A stretch of DNA of 32,000 nt from an archaeon (GTDB taxonomy: Archaea; Iainarchaeota; Iainarchaeia; Iainarchaeales; JANQMZ01), in assembly GCA_028279805.1 (NCBI GenBank), contig JANQMZ010000007.1:600001-632000 (forward strand). Reading direction: 5' to 3'. Made by a program: the position numbers and the translations under genes. Numbering within the stretch: the first letter of the stretch is position 1; each line of letters starts with the position of its first letter. This document shows positions 16,295 through 26,249 of this stretch, piece by piece. A model generated the notes under the pieces. It did no database searches, was not told where the DNA came from, and saw only the letters and a program-made list of their open reading frames with translations.

Positions 16295-17167
16295 TTAAAC
16301 ACTTTCAAGTTTTTGTGCAATTATCTGGCTTATATCTATTTTGCTTGTTGGATTTTGAATTGAATTTGTTGTCAAAACTTTTGCTCCTGCTTTTCTGAGT
16401 TTTGATAATGCCTTTTCAACCAACAATCCATGAACACCTATGCAATAAATTCTTTTTATTTTTTTCTTTTTTAAAAGTTTTACAATTTTTATCATAGTAT
16501 GCCCTGTACTAATAATATCATCAACAACTATTGCCTGTTTTAAATCTGTTTTAAAATTTTTTGAAATTCTCATTTCAACCTTTCTCCCAGTAATTCTTTT
16601 CTTTTTTGCAATAATGAAAGGCATTTTAATTTTTTTTGCTGTTTTTGAAACCCATTGTTTTGATTCTATATCCGGGCCCACAATCAAACTTTTTCCTATT
16701 TTTTTTTGAATATATTTTGCTATAACCGGAACCGCGCTTAAAACATGAGTTTCACATTTGTAAACCTGTGATAATTTTTTGACTCTGTGCAAATGCGGGT
16801 CAACAGTAATTAACGCATCAATTTGTCCTGATATTATTTGTGCGAAAATTTTGACTGATACAGCTTCACCTTTTTTGAATTCTTTATCCTGCCTCATGTA
16901 AGGCAAATATGGTGCTACCAGAACAATTTTCTTGGCTTTTTGCTGTTTTAATGCTCCGCATGTTAGTAAAACTTTTGCCATTATTTCATTCGGATTTTTC
17001 ATAAAATCGGCGAAAACTGCAACTTTTTTCCCTTTTACTTTTAAGGGAATTTTTGCATATGTTTCTCCGTCCGGAAAAATCTTTGTTTCAATTTTTGAAT
17101 ATTTTGCTTTAATTTTTGATGCAACTTTTTTTGCAATTAAAGAATTAATGTTCAGCACAATATTCAT
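16295..17167 (-). CDS. prs: ribose-phosphate pyrophosphokinase
   Basis: 290 aa; FPDGETYAKIPLKVKGK, LPYMRQDKEFKKGEAVS, ITVDPHLH, VGPDIESKQW, AIVVDDIISTGHTM (PRPP-binding loop). Confidence 0.95.
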   Translation of the reverse strand: MNIVLNINSLIAKKVASKIKAKYSKIETKIFPDGETYAKIPLKVKGKKVAVFADFMKNPNEIMAKVLLTCGALKQQKAKKIVLVAPYLPYMRQDKEFKKGEAVSVKIFAQIISGQIDALITVDPHLHRVKKLSQVYKCETHVLSAVPVIAKYIQKKIGKSLIVGPDIESKQWVSKTAKKIKMPFIIAKKKRITGRKVEMRISKNFKTDLKQAIVVDDIISTGHTMIKIVKLLKKKKIKRIYCIGVHGLLVEKALSKLRKAGAKVLTTNSIQNPTSKIDISQIIAQKLESV

Positions 17168-17200
17168 GTTATTGTATTGACTGTTTTCAAATAAAAAACT

Positions 17201-18247
17201 TTATGCGTCTTCTATTCCTTTTTCTGTTATCTGATAAACGGTTTCTCCGTCGGGCAGATTTGGAGAATCAACAAGTTTTGCAATTCTTTTGGTTGCCTTG
17301 CTTTTTCTAAGATAAAGCCTTGTTTTGCTTGCATGCCCTACAACATTTCCTCCGACAGGTGCTGTAGGATCCCCGAACAAAATATCAGGTCTGCTCATCA
17401 CCTGGTTTGTTACCAGTACGCTAATGTTATGAGCTTCAGCCAGTTTCATTAACTGTCTCATGTGCTGGTTTAATTTTTGCTGTCTTTCGGCAAGTTTGCC
17501 TCTGCCAATATATTCTGCTCTGAATTGTGCAATCAGTGAGTCAACTATTAATAATTTTACATTTTTTTCTTTTATCAGCTCATCTGCTTTTTCTGTTAAA
17601 AGCATCTGATGGTCTGCATTGTAAGCTCTTGCTACAAAAACATTTTTCAAAACTTTTTGAGGATCCAATCCCCGCATTTCTGCAATCTGGCTTACTCTTT
17701 CAGGTCTGAAACTTGATTCAGTGTCAATATATAAAATTTTTCCGTTTAAACCGCCTTGTTCTTTTGGCAATTGTGCGGTTACACATAATTGAAAACACCA
17801 TTGTGTTTTTCCTGAAGCCATTTTTCCGTATACTTCAGTTATGCTTTGGGTTTCAACGCCGCCTCCAAGCAATTCATCTAATGAGGTTGAACCTGTTGTT
17901 ATTTTTCCAACGGTACTGCGTCTTTTCTGAATTTTTGAAGCTGATTCAAATCCCATTTCCAGTGCGTCTCTTGCAGCTTTGATTGCCTTGTCAGCTGTTC
18001 CATCTCCCAATCCTGCTACCTCTTTTAATTCCATGGGGCTTGCAACTGCAACGCTTTCAAGTGTCCTGTAATTTGCGTTAAAAAGTTTTTCAGCTGCCTG
18101 TGGTCCTATTCCGGGCAAATCCTGAATATCTTTTATCTGCTTTCCGCTTGTAAGCTTTTCCTCATTCAAATTTTCTTCCACTTTTTCCTCAACTTCCTTT
18201 TCTTTAACATCTTCTTTTTTTACCTGTTTTTCAATAATTTTAGCCAT
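17201..18247 (-). CDS. radA: DNA repair and recombination protein RadA
   Basis: 348 aa; HhH domain [27 protein letters not shown], Walker [82 protein letters not shown]. Confidence 0.97.
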   Translation of the reverse strand: MAKIIEKQVKKEDVKEKEVEEKVEENLNEEKLTSGKQIKDIQDLPGIGPQAAEKLFNANYRTLESVAVASPMELKEVAGLGDGTADKAIKAARDALEMGFESASKIQKRRSTVGKITTGSTSLDELLGGGVETQSITEVYGKMASGKTQWCFQLCVTAQLPKEQGGLNGKILYIDTESSFRPERVSQIAEMRGLDPQKVLKNVFVARAYNADHQMLLTEKADELIKEKNVKLLIVDSLIAQFRAEYIGRGKLAERQQKLNQHMRQLMKLAEAHNISVLVTNQVMSRPDILFGDPTAPVGGNVVGHASKTRLYLRKSKATKRIAKLVDSPNLPDGETVYQITEKGIEDA

Positions 18248-18314
18248 AATAAAACCTCAGCATCATTGTCATCTTTTTTCTTTTTAAAGTATTTTTGAGT
18301 ACATTTCCGCTGAG

Positions 18315-19679
18315 TTAAATCATTTTCAAAAGCTTTTCATTTTCCTCCTTTAAACTAAAGTTTTCCACCTGGGTAACCACAAATTCCTGTTCTTCCTGGT
18401 TTAATTTTGACTGCCTTGTTTTTCCTATAAGTTTTGAATTTTTTCCAATAATCTCGTTTCTAACATGTTGCAAAATTTCTTCAATGCCTTTTTTTTCAAG
18501 TTCGTTTTTTAATTCTTTTTTGCTTAATTCTAAAACTTTTTCAGCATTTTTTCCGAACAAAACACAGTTAATTGTTGCAAACCCATCATCCAAAACAATT
18601 GTGGCAATCAGGTTAATGTCAGGTTCTTTCACCTGCCCGCAGTCTTCACATAAAAACCCTTCATCTTCTTTTGAAACAGTTGTTCCGCATTTTGGGCAAA
18701 TTAAGTAATGCAGATTTCCCTTATTAACCGCAACAATTGTTCCCCCGATTCTGAATAATTCTTCCCCTGCTTTTAATTCATTCAGTTTTGCTTCTTTTAT
18801 TTCTTCTCCGAGCAATTCACTTAATTCCGGAATCTTAAATCCCAGCACCGGTTCTTTTAAAATTCTTGCATTCCACCCCAAATGCAGTTCCAATTCTTTT
18901 AAGCCTTTTTTTGTATAACCCCCTTCAATTTTTATCACATCCCCAACATTCAAATCTTCAACAATTTCAGCCAAATTGTTCCAGGCGGTTCCCCTCAACT
19001 CTTTTGAACCGTCATTTATTAAAAAATTTAAAACTTTTCTTTTTTCTCCCTCTTTTTCAAATTCTTTAACTGGAAAAATCCTGACAATTCTTGCAAACAC
19101 ATCAACATTCTGCATCTCCTCAGACAAATCTTCCAGTTTTAATGAAACTGTTTCAACTTTTGGCAACGTTTCAGTTTTTTTGTCCTCAGGGTCAACAACA
19201 AATTCTCCCCCGTAACCCAAATTTAGTTGAACCTGTTCCTTGTAACTTGAAGTATAACAATTTTTTAACAACAAAACAGAACCTTTTTGAACATTTTTTT
19301 TCTCCAAAGCATCAACATCTTTTCCCCAAAAAGTCAGCTTAATTTCCCCGGTTTCATCTCCAACAAGCAAATTGCACAGCTTGCCTTTTTTCCCGGATTT
19401 TTCAAATTCCCTCGGAGTATAAACATGCAAAACGCGCACAAGCAAATCCAAATTGTTCATGCCATCCTTTAACTTGTTAATTTTAATATCCTCCAAAACT
19501 TTTTTTTCAACATTCATTTCAATATCCAGTTCTTTTGCAATCATATACGCTGCCCCTTCATCAGTCAATAAACCGGCAAACTTTGTTTTCTTTTCCTCAA
19601 CCTTTGCCAAAACATCCTCTTTACCCAAATCAGAATTTTTAACAATTTTTTCAACAATTTGCTCAAACTTTAAAACCAT
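18315..19679 (-). CDS. replication factor A (RPA-type ssDNA-binding protein, multiple OB folds and zinc finger)
   Basis: 454 aa; repeated OB-fold modules (KGKLCNLLVGDETGEIKLTFWGKD, KRKVLNFLINDGSKELRGTAWNN) and a C4 zinc finger (CPKCGTTVSKEDEGFLCEDCG). Confidence 0.92.
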   Translation of the reverse strand: MVLKFEQIVEKIVKNSDLGKEDVLAKVEEKKTKFAGLLTDEGAAYMIAKELDIEMNVEKKVLEDIKINKLKDGMNNLDLLVRVLHVYTPREFEKSGKKGKLCNLLVGDETGEIKLTFWGKDVDALEKKNVQKGSVLLLKNCYTSSYKEQVQLNLGYGGEFVVDPEDKKTETLPKVETVSLKLEDLSEEMQNVDVFARIVRIFPVKEFEKEGEKRKVLNFLINDGSKELRGTAWNNLAEIVEDLNVGDVIKIEGGYTKKGLKELELHLGWNARILKEPVLGFKIPELSELLGEEIKEAKLNELKAGEELFRIGGTIVAVNKGNLHYLICPKCGTTVSKEDEGFLCEDCGQVKEPDINLIATIVLDDGFATINCVLFGKNAEKVLELSKKELKNELEKKGIEEILQHVRNEIIGKNSKLIGKTRQSKLNQEEQEFVVTQVENFSLKEENEKLLKMI

Positions 19680-19828
19680 AAAAAACCTTGCCCTAAAAAA
19701 CCCTTTTAAACCCGTTTCACCGGAAAAGCACCAACCATTCGGTTAAAAAACTTTTTCTATAAGCTATTGTTTTATCGGTTAGTGGAACTTTAAGGCAAAG
19801 TTTTTTATATTAAAATAACCTTTTAGGA

Positions 19829-20077
19829 TTGAATTTAGCGGTTTTTGGTATGGTCAAAATAACTTTTGATAAAGCGGCTAAAAAGGAATTTTTAGAGTTG
19901 ATTGACAAAGAAGTTGACGAAGATGGAATGATTGTTGAAAAGTCAAATCCGAATCAAAGAGTAGTGACTTTTGACGGTCAGGAAATTTCCATAGATGAGT
20001 TTGGAGGCGTCAAAAAAGGTTCAGAAGTTTTCATAAAGAACAACATTGTTTCATTAATGAGACTTTTGAAGAGATGA
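19829..20077 (+). CDS. small hypothetical protein
   Basis: 82 aa; likely real start at the internal MVKITFDKAAKKEF...; colinear with the next gene. Confidence 0.6.
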   Translation: MNLAVFGMVKITFDKAAKKEFLELIDKEVDEDGMIVEKSNPNQRVVTFDGQEISIDEFGGVKKGSEVFIKNNIVSLMRLLKR

Positions 20078-20083
20078 GTTTTT

Positions 20084-20905
20084 TTGTCTATATTTGATAA
20101 ACTTAAAAAAATATTTCATTTTCAAGGGCCACTAATCAATATCAAATTCATAAATAACTCTTACAATAATGTTGAGACAAAAAATAAACCAATACATTAC
20201 GATGCAAACACGGAAGAAACACTAATAAATCTAGATGAAATTTCTCCAAAACAAAAAAAGGGCATTAAGGCATTAATAGACGAGCATCTTAATGAAAGAA
20301 CAAACAAAATTTTACAAAAAGAAACGCAAGATTTTTTTAACGATTTACATAGTTATGATAAAAAAAACGATAGTCAAATACTAACTTTTTTTCAGAAAAT
20401 AATTCCTCCTAGTGATTTTGAGGCTTTGGAAGCATCTCTTTATCTTAGAAATGTTTTTAAAAACCAGGCGAGAATAGGAAACCAAGCTGAAAGAGAAAAA
20501 GTGAAAAAAATAAAGTTTGACATTATACAAGCTTTTGGAGAGCGAGGGAGGAACATTTCAAATTTGTGCACTTCTGGTTATTTTGAAGGCTTTCTAAAAC
20601 CTTTGTACAACGTAGTTTCAAAAAAGGATTTTAATGACTTGTATGAAATGATTGTTGGTAAAGCCGCGTTAGCTCTTTTTGTTCATGAAAAAATGTCTAG
20701 CAGAGACATAACTTCGGAAATTACCAGAAAACTTAACATTTCAATAAAATATGGGATAAAATCAATTCACATACACGGTATCGGAGTACAGAATATAGAA
20801 AAGATTAAAGGTTGTTTAAGGAAACAAGAGAAATTCTTTAATTTTTTTAAACAAAAAATACATGAAGAAAACAATATCTTGATAATGATTTTAATCCTAA
20901 AATAA
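20084..20905 (+). CDS. hypothetical protein
   Basis: 273 aa ORF with TTG start; no family recognised. Confidence 0.55.
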   Translation: MSIFDKLKKIFHFQGPLINIKFINNSYNNVETKNKPIHYDANTEETLINLDEISPKQKKGIKALIDEHLNERTNKILQKETQDFFNDLHSYDKKNDSQILTFFQKIIPPSDFEALEASLYLRNVFKNQARIGNQAEREKVKKIKFDIIQAFGERGRNISNLCTSGYFEGFLKPLYNVVSKKDFNDLYEMIVGKAALALFVHEKMSSRDITSEITRKLNISIKYGIKSIHIHGIGVQNIEKIKGCLRKQEKFFNFFKQKIHEENNILIMILILK

Positions 20906-20992
20906 CATGAAAATCCTTTAAATAGCCTTTTTAAATAAAAATTTTTGCAAGAATATAAAAAGTTTAAAAACCCTTTAGGGTAGGTTTTAACA

Positions 20993-21763
20993 ATGCAGTA
21001 TGGAAAATTTTACTCCCAAATGCTTGAAAAAATTGAACAAAAAAAGAAACAAGTATTCATAGTTATTGACCCGCCAAACCAAACACCGGAACAAGCTGGG
21101 CAAATTGCAAAAGAATCTCAGGAAGCAGGAGTTGATGCAATTGCAATCGGCGGCTCAGTGGGAGCACAAGGAGAACAATTGCATGAAACCATTGCACAAA
21201 TAAAAGAAAATTCTTCATTACTAACAACATTATTTCCGGGAAACATTGGAACAATTTCCCAAAAATCTGACGCAATTTATTTTATGAGCATGCTCAACTC
21301 ATTAGATCCTTATTACATTACCGGCGCTCAGATCTCCTCAGCATTTGAATTAAAAAAATCTGGCATAGAGATCATTCCAACATCTTACATTATTGTTGCT
21401 CCGGGCAGAGCAGCAGGCTGGGTTGGTTCAGCAAAACCAATTCCACGAGACTTACCATACATTGGCGCAATAACAGCTTTGGCTGGACAATATATGGGTT
21501 CAAAATTAGCCATATTAGAATCTGGTGGCGGCGCTCCCGAACCGGCTCCATTGGAAATGATTTCACATACAAGAAAACTAATTGACATTCCTTTACTGGT
21601 TGCTGGCGGAATAAAAAATGACAAACACGCTTTTGATGTTTTCAAAGCCGGAGCAGACATTATTCATGTTGGCACTGCAATTGAAGACACAAACGGTTCA
21701 ACAAAAGACATGAAAAAAAAATTAGAATCATTAGTTGCAGCCGCAAAAAAAGCATCAAAATAA
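20993..21763 (+). CDS. geranylgeranylglyceryl phosphate synthase (GGGP/PcrB family)
   Basis: 256 aa; VFIVIDPPNQTPEQAGQIAKESQEAGVDAIAIGGSVG, FPGNIGTISQKSDAIYFMSMLNS, IPTSYIIVAPGRAAGWVG, YLGSGGGAPEP-like ESGGGAPEPAP, AGGIKNDKHAFDVFKAGADIIHVGTAIE. Confidence 0.93.
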   Translation: MQYGKFYSQMLEKIEQKKKQVFIVIDPPNQTPEQAGQIAKESQEAGVDAIAIGGSVGAQGEQLHETIAQIKENSSLLTTLFPGNIGTISQKSDAIYFMSMLNSLDPYYITGAQISSAFELKKSGIEIIPTSYIIVAPGRAAGWVGSAKPIPRDLPYIGAITALAGQYMGSKLAILESGGGAPEPAPLEMISHTRKLIDIPLLVAGGIKNDKHAFDVFKAGADIIHVGTAIEDTNGSTKDMKKKLESLVAAAKKASK

Positions 21764-21765
21764 CT

Positions 21766-24108
21766 TTACCAAAAACCAATTCTTCTGGCGTCATTAATAA
21801 GCCGTTCAATTCTTGTTCTCCTTAAAATTCCTTCAGAGTTTTTTATTCTGTTTAACTCTTTTTCAGGAAATAAAAGCAATGCAGGCGCAGTGACCAAAGT
21901 TTCTTGAGTTATTCCCAAGCTTTCCAGAACTTTCCACCTTTCTTCTAGTGTTCTAATCGAAACATTCCTTCCACGCCTTTTTTCTCTTGAAAAAACAGAC
22001 CTAATTGTTCTGGTTACTGGAATACCAAAACTTTCAGAAATTTTTGGAGTTTCAACAACGCTTTTTTCTTTAGGTTTTCTAGTAGGTTTTTTTCTTCTAG
22101 GACCTTCTGCCGGCGATTCTCTGTGAATTCTTTTTTTAGTTGCTCTAGGTTTTGTTTTGGGCGTTGATTTTGATTCAGGATGTATTTTCTTGTAATGTTC
22201 TATTGCTTGTTCTATTGTTAAATTTTTTGTAAATGCAAGAAATGCAACCGTGGGCAAGTAACTTTCTTCAACACCTTGTTTTTTTGCTTCTCTTAATATT
22301 GTTTTATATCTATCAACTTCGTTTTGGATTGAACGTTTATTAAAAAAAACACTATTGATAATCGTCCCAGCTGGAAGCCCAGCATTTTTTTTCCTTTCTT
22401 CTAAAACTTTATTGGTTATTTCCACATGCCTTTTGAGCGCTTCATCAATACTTGAATATCTTCCATTAAAAACAAATCTAGCAATCGTTAATCCTTTTCT
22501 TTCATTATATTTTTTTGCTTTTCTTAAAATGTCTTCTACCTCAAAAACATTAAATTTTGTTGTCACTCTTCTAATATCAGATTCTTTCAAACCAATGTCT
22601 CCTACTAATAACTCGTATTCCGCTTTAACATGTTGAGCCACATATGTTATGGTTCTTCTTAAAGTTTTAGGATTTGTTTCCTGCGTAATTTCCCTTTTTC
22701 TAATTAATTGTTTCAAGTTTGATGAAACCATCCATTCAAACAAATTGTTTTTATCGCCAAAAACTTTTCGTGCTTGCTGAACACTCATTCCTTCAATTCT
22801 TCTAAAAAGATTGCCAGCGTGTCCCTTACTAGATCTCTTTTCACTCATTATATCTGATAATCTTTTATTCGCAATTCTTACAGCTTCATTTGCCTCTTCT
22901 TTTGTTAAAGGCCTTCCTAATTTTTGTTCCAATCTTTCAATCGGACTTAATTTTCTTTGAGGCTTTTTTCTCCCGCTCTTTTGACTTTTTTTCCTCCGAG
23001 TGTCTCTTTTTATTCTTTCATAAGGTTTAAATCCGGGTCTGCTTTTTTTATATCTTTGAATTGCTGTTTCAATGCCAATCCCCTGTTTAAATGCCAATTC
23101 TGCAACAGCTCTCCAATGCCGTTCATCAACACTGGCTCTAGCTTCTGCTACTATTTCCTTAAGTGTTTGAACATATCTTGGAACTGCTTGTTTGTTTTGC
23201 CCGTCAATAAACACCTTTGAGGAAATTTTGTTGACTATCTCTGCATTAGAATAAACGGAAAGCAGAGGCCCCATAAAAGCGGCATCTCTTGAAATAAACT
23301 GTTCTATTAGATCCTGAATATTTTCATATCTTTTAATTTCAGCTCTAATTCTCTTGTTTCTAACATAAGCATTCATTGCAATTGTTCTTGCGATTTCTTC
23401 TGGTGCAAATTCCTGAGCTTCGCTCAATAACCGTTTGTAATGCTCAATTTCATTTTCAGCAGACCCTTTTTTTTTAAACGCTTTGAAAACCAATGTTTTT
23501 TGCATTTTTTCAATGTCAGGATCTCCTTTTGCCAATTCTCTAACTCTTTGAGTTATTTTTCTATGCTTTTGAATTGCGTCATCAATGCCCGGATAAGTTC
23601 CCCCAAAAACAGAATAGATAATTGTTCCCGTTTGTTTTCCATATTTATGTGCTTTTTCAATTATTTCTTCCACTTCAAAAACATCAAACTTTGTTGTTAC
23701 ACTTTTAATTTGATATTCGCTTAGTCCTAATTCTTCTACCAATAATTCATACTCTGCTTTTACATGTTGAGCTAAACTTGCAACAACTCTTTTCAATTCT
23801 TGTCCTGAATTTTTTGACGAAATTTCTCTTTTTTTTGCCAATTGCGTAATGTTTGAAAATAACATAAATTCAAATAATTCGTTTCCTTGTTCAAAAAGTC
23901 TTTTAGATTCTTTTCTTGTTAAAGAATACATCCTTTCCCTGATTTTTCTAAAATCCCCCGCTATGAAACCACGTGTTCCGATTTTTTCATTGTAAATATC
24001 TGATAATTCTTTGTTTGCTATTCTCGCCGCTTCGTTTGCTTCTTCTCTGGTTAATGTTCTGCCAATTCTTTCTTCCAGCCTTCTAATCGGATTTCTTCTT
24101 TTAACCAT
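21766..24108 (-). CDS. unknown helical-repeat family protein, two tandem modules (780 aa)
   Basis: Module start IRRLEERIGRTLTREEANEAARIANKELSD recurs internally as IERLEQKLGRPLTKEEANEAVRIANKRLSD; paralogous to 24118..25299 and 26250..27437. Confidence 0.85.
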   Translation of the reverse strand: MVKRRNPIRRLEERIGRTLTREEANEAARIANKELSDIYNEKIGTRGFIAGDFRKIRERMYSLTRKESKRLFEQGNELFEFMLFSNITQLAKKREISSKNSGQELKRVVASLAQHVKAEYELLVEELGLSEYQIKSVTTKFDVFEVEEIIEKAHKYGKQTGTIIYSVFGGTYPGIDDAIQKHRKITQRVRELAKGDPDIEKMQKTLVFKAFKKKGSAENEIEHYKRLLSEAQEFAPEEIARTIAMNAYVRNKRIRAEIKRYENIQDLIEQFISRDAAFMGPLLSVYSNAEIVNKISSKVFIDGQNKQAVPRYVQTLKEIVAEARASVDERHWRAVAELAFKQGIGIETAIQRYKKSRPGFKPYERIKRDTRRKKSQKSGRKKPQRKLSPIERLEQKLGRPLTKEEANEAVRIANKRLSDIMSEKRSSKGHAGNLFRRIEGMSVQQARKVFGDKNNLFEWMVSSNLKQLIRKREITQETNPKTLRRTITYVAQHVKAEYELLVGDIGLKESDIRRVTTKFNVFEVEDILRKAKKYNERKGLTIARFVFNGRYSSIDEALKRHVEITNKVLEERKKNAGLPAGTIINSVFFNKRSIQNEVDRYKTILREAKKQGVEESYLPTVAFLAFTKNLTIEQAIEHYKKIHPESKSTPKTKPRATKKRIHRESPAEGPRRKKPTRKPKEKSVVETPKISESFGIPVTRTIRSVFSREKRRGRNVSIRTLEERWKVLESLGITQETLVTAPALLLFPEKELNRIKNSEGILRRTRIERLINDARRIGFW

Positions 24109-24117
24109 TTTATCAAC

Positions 24118-25299
24118 TTAAATTTTAATTCTTTTAGCCCAATCTTTTAATTTTTTTAAATTTGTTTCAAATTTTCTTTTATCATTTTTCATTCTTTCTA
24201 ATTGTTGTCTTTGCCATGGGGCTATTGTTAGTAATGCTGGCATTTGCCGTATGTCTGCTTCGGAAAGTCCCCATCCACGCAGAGCTTCTAAATTTGCATT
24301 AATTTGTTGTCTGGTAAAACCGGCGTTTACTGCTTTTCTTACTGCGGAGTTTTCTATTTTTTTCGGAGTTTTTTCTTTTGGTGTTTTTTTAGCAATGCTT
24401 GTTGGCGCTTCAATAACTGTTCTTATGTTTTCCGGCAAACTAGTTCTTTTTCTTTTCTCAGGGTTTCGAGTTCTTCTAGGACTTGCTCTTGCTCTCTCAA
24501 GTCTTTTTTCGTAATTTTTTAATCCATCTTCTATTGTTCTGTTTCCTAAAAATGCTTCAGTTACTACCGTAAGTAAATTATTTTGATTGATTCCTTTTTC
24601 TTTTGCTTCTTCTAATAATTGTTTATATCGATTAATTTGTTCTTGGGCTGAAGTTTTTCTCTGAAAAGCTTGGCTAATAATTATTCCTGTTGGCAATCCT
24701 TTATCTGTTTCTGCTGCTTCTAATACTTCTTGTGTTATTTGTTTATGTATTCGAATTGCTTCATCAATACTTGGATAGGGTCCTATCAGAACTCTTCTTG
24801 CAACTGTTTTGGCAACCTGTGCATTGTATTCTTTTGCTTTGTTTACTATTTCTTGTATTTCATAAACATTAAATCTTGTTGTAGATAGTTTAATCGTTCT
24901 TAAAGGTAAACCAAGTTCTTCTACTAGTAGAGTATATTCTGTTTTTACATGTTCTGCTAGTTTTTTCATAACTTTTTCTAATGTTTCTGGCGTTGTGTCA
25001 AATGGTATTTCTCCTTTTTTAATTAATTGCATTATGTTTAGTCTTAGCATTTCTTGAAAGTTTTTGTTTGTTGTTCCAAAATGTTTTTTTGATTCTCTTT
25101 CAATTAAACTCATTATTGTTGGTTTGAATTTTTTGTATGTGGGGCTGTGTGATACTCCCATAACCTTAACTTTTTCGTCAAACCTATCAGATAATTCTCT
25201 ATTTGCTATTCTTATTGCTTCATTTGCTTCTTTTTCGGTTAGTGTTCGACCAAGCCTTTCTTCTAGTCTTTTAATCGGATTTTGTTTTCTTTTAGGCAT
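24118..25299 (-). CDS. unknown helical-repeat family protein, single module (393 aa)
   Basis: MPKRKQNPIKRLEERLGRTLTEKEANEAIRIANRELSDRFDEK...; high similarity to 26250..27437. Confidence 0.85.
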   Translation of the reverse strand: MPKRKQNPIKRLEERLGRTLTEKEANEAIRIANRELSDRFDEKVKVMGVSHSPTYKKFKPTIMSLIERESKKHFGTTNKNFQEMLRLNIMQLIKKGEIPFDTTPETLEKVMKKLAEHVKTEYTLLVEELGLPLRTIKLSTTRFNVYEIQEIVNKAKEYNAQVAKTVARRVLIGPYPSIDEAIRIHKQITQEVLEAAETDKGLPTGIIISQAFQRKTSAQEQINRYKQLLEEAKEKGINQNNLLTVVTEAFLGNRTIEDGLKNYEKRLERARASPRRTRNPEKRKRTSLPENIRTVIEAPTSIAKKTPKEKTPKKIENSAVRKAVNAGFTRQQINANLEALRGWGLSEADIRQMPALLTIAPWQRQQLERMKNDKRKFETNLKKLKDWAKRIKI

Positions 25300-25336
25300 G
25301 TAAGAATTGACTCAAAAATAGTATTTAACTTTTTAG

Positions 25337-26245
25337 CTAAAGTTTTCTCATATCCTTTAATTCTTTATAAACCCATTCCAAACTCTGCTTTAAATCAAAT
25401 TTTGGTTTCCAACCCAATTTCATCAAAGAACCAATATCATATTTTCTGTTTCTTAACAATCGTTTAATATTGTAAGTTGTAATAATTGGCTTTTGTCTTG
25501 TAAAAATTGAAACAATTTTAAAAAAATACGCCAGCAAATAACCAACCCAGCCGGGCACTTGTTTCATTTCTCCTTTCATGCCTAACAATTTTCTAATAAA
25601 ATAAAACATTTCCTTCAAACTGTAAGGATTCAATTCAGCCACATTAAAAATTCCGCCAATTGTTTTTTTCTCATTCAAACAAAACACTATCGAGGAAACA
25701 ACATCATCCCTATGAACCAATTGCCATTCAAATTTTCCTGAACCAATTAAAGGCATTTCACTTTTAACTGCTTTGAAAATTTTTTCCCAGTAAATGTTGG
25801 GAGTTATAACAATGCTTGGCCTTAAAATTGTCAAATCCAGCTTGTCCAAGAATTTGTGCGCTAACAATTCTGATTCTGCTTTGCTTTTTTCATAATTTGT
25901 AACAGGATTAAATTCTGTTTCTTCTGAATTCACTCCGGAATTATTTCCATAAACAGCAACGCTGCTTAAATGAATAACTCTTTTAATTTCCAATTCTTCA
26001 CAAGCCTGTAAAACATTTTCTGTTCCTTTTACATTTAATTCAAACATTTTTTCAGAATCTTCATCCAACGAAGCAGCCAAATGCACAACTGCATCCATTC
26101 CCTTTAATTCTTTTTTAACTTGCTGAAAATCTAAAACATTAAAACCGGAACTAATGTCAAATTCTTTAATTGAATGTTTTTTTTTCAAAACTTTAACCAA
26201 AGCAGAACCAATTTCCCCAGAACTACCAGTTACTAAAATTTTCAT
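25337..26245 (-). CDS. NAD-dependent epimerase/dehydratase (extended SDR)
   Basis: 302 aa; N-terminal MKILVTGSSGEIGSALVKVLK Rossmann motif (TGxxGxxG), YEKSKAESE (YxxxK). Confidence 0.92.
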   Translation of the reverse strand: MKILVTGSSGEIGSALVKVLKKKHSIKEFDISSGFNVLDFQQVKKELKGMDAVVHLAASLDEDSEKMFELNVKGTENVLQACEELEIKRVIHLSSVAVYGNNSGVNSEETEFNPVTNYEKSKAESELLAHKFLDKLDLTILRPSIVITPNIYWEKIFKAVKSEMPLIGSGKFEWQLVHRDDVVSSIVFCLNEKKTIGGIFNVAELNPYSLKEMFYFIRKLLGMKGEMKQVPGWVGYLLAYFFKIVSIFTRQKPIITTYNIKRLLRNRKYDIGSLMKLGWKPKFDLKQSLEWVYKELKDMRKL

Positions 26246-26249
26246 TTAA

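Noticed and set aside
17527-19746. Plus-strand ORFs antisense to radA and the RPA gene
   Set aside because: Shadow ORFs; phenylalanine/serine/proline-rich translations from the complement of lysine/glutamate-rich genes.
24251-25303. Multiple plus-strand ORFs of 60-90 aa (also 22355-23724 and 26260-27450)
   Set aside because: All are antisense shadows of the highly biased helical-repeat genes; they recur because the paralogs share sequence, not because they are genes.
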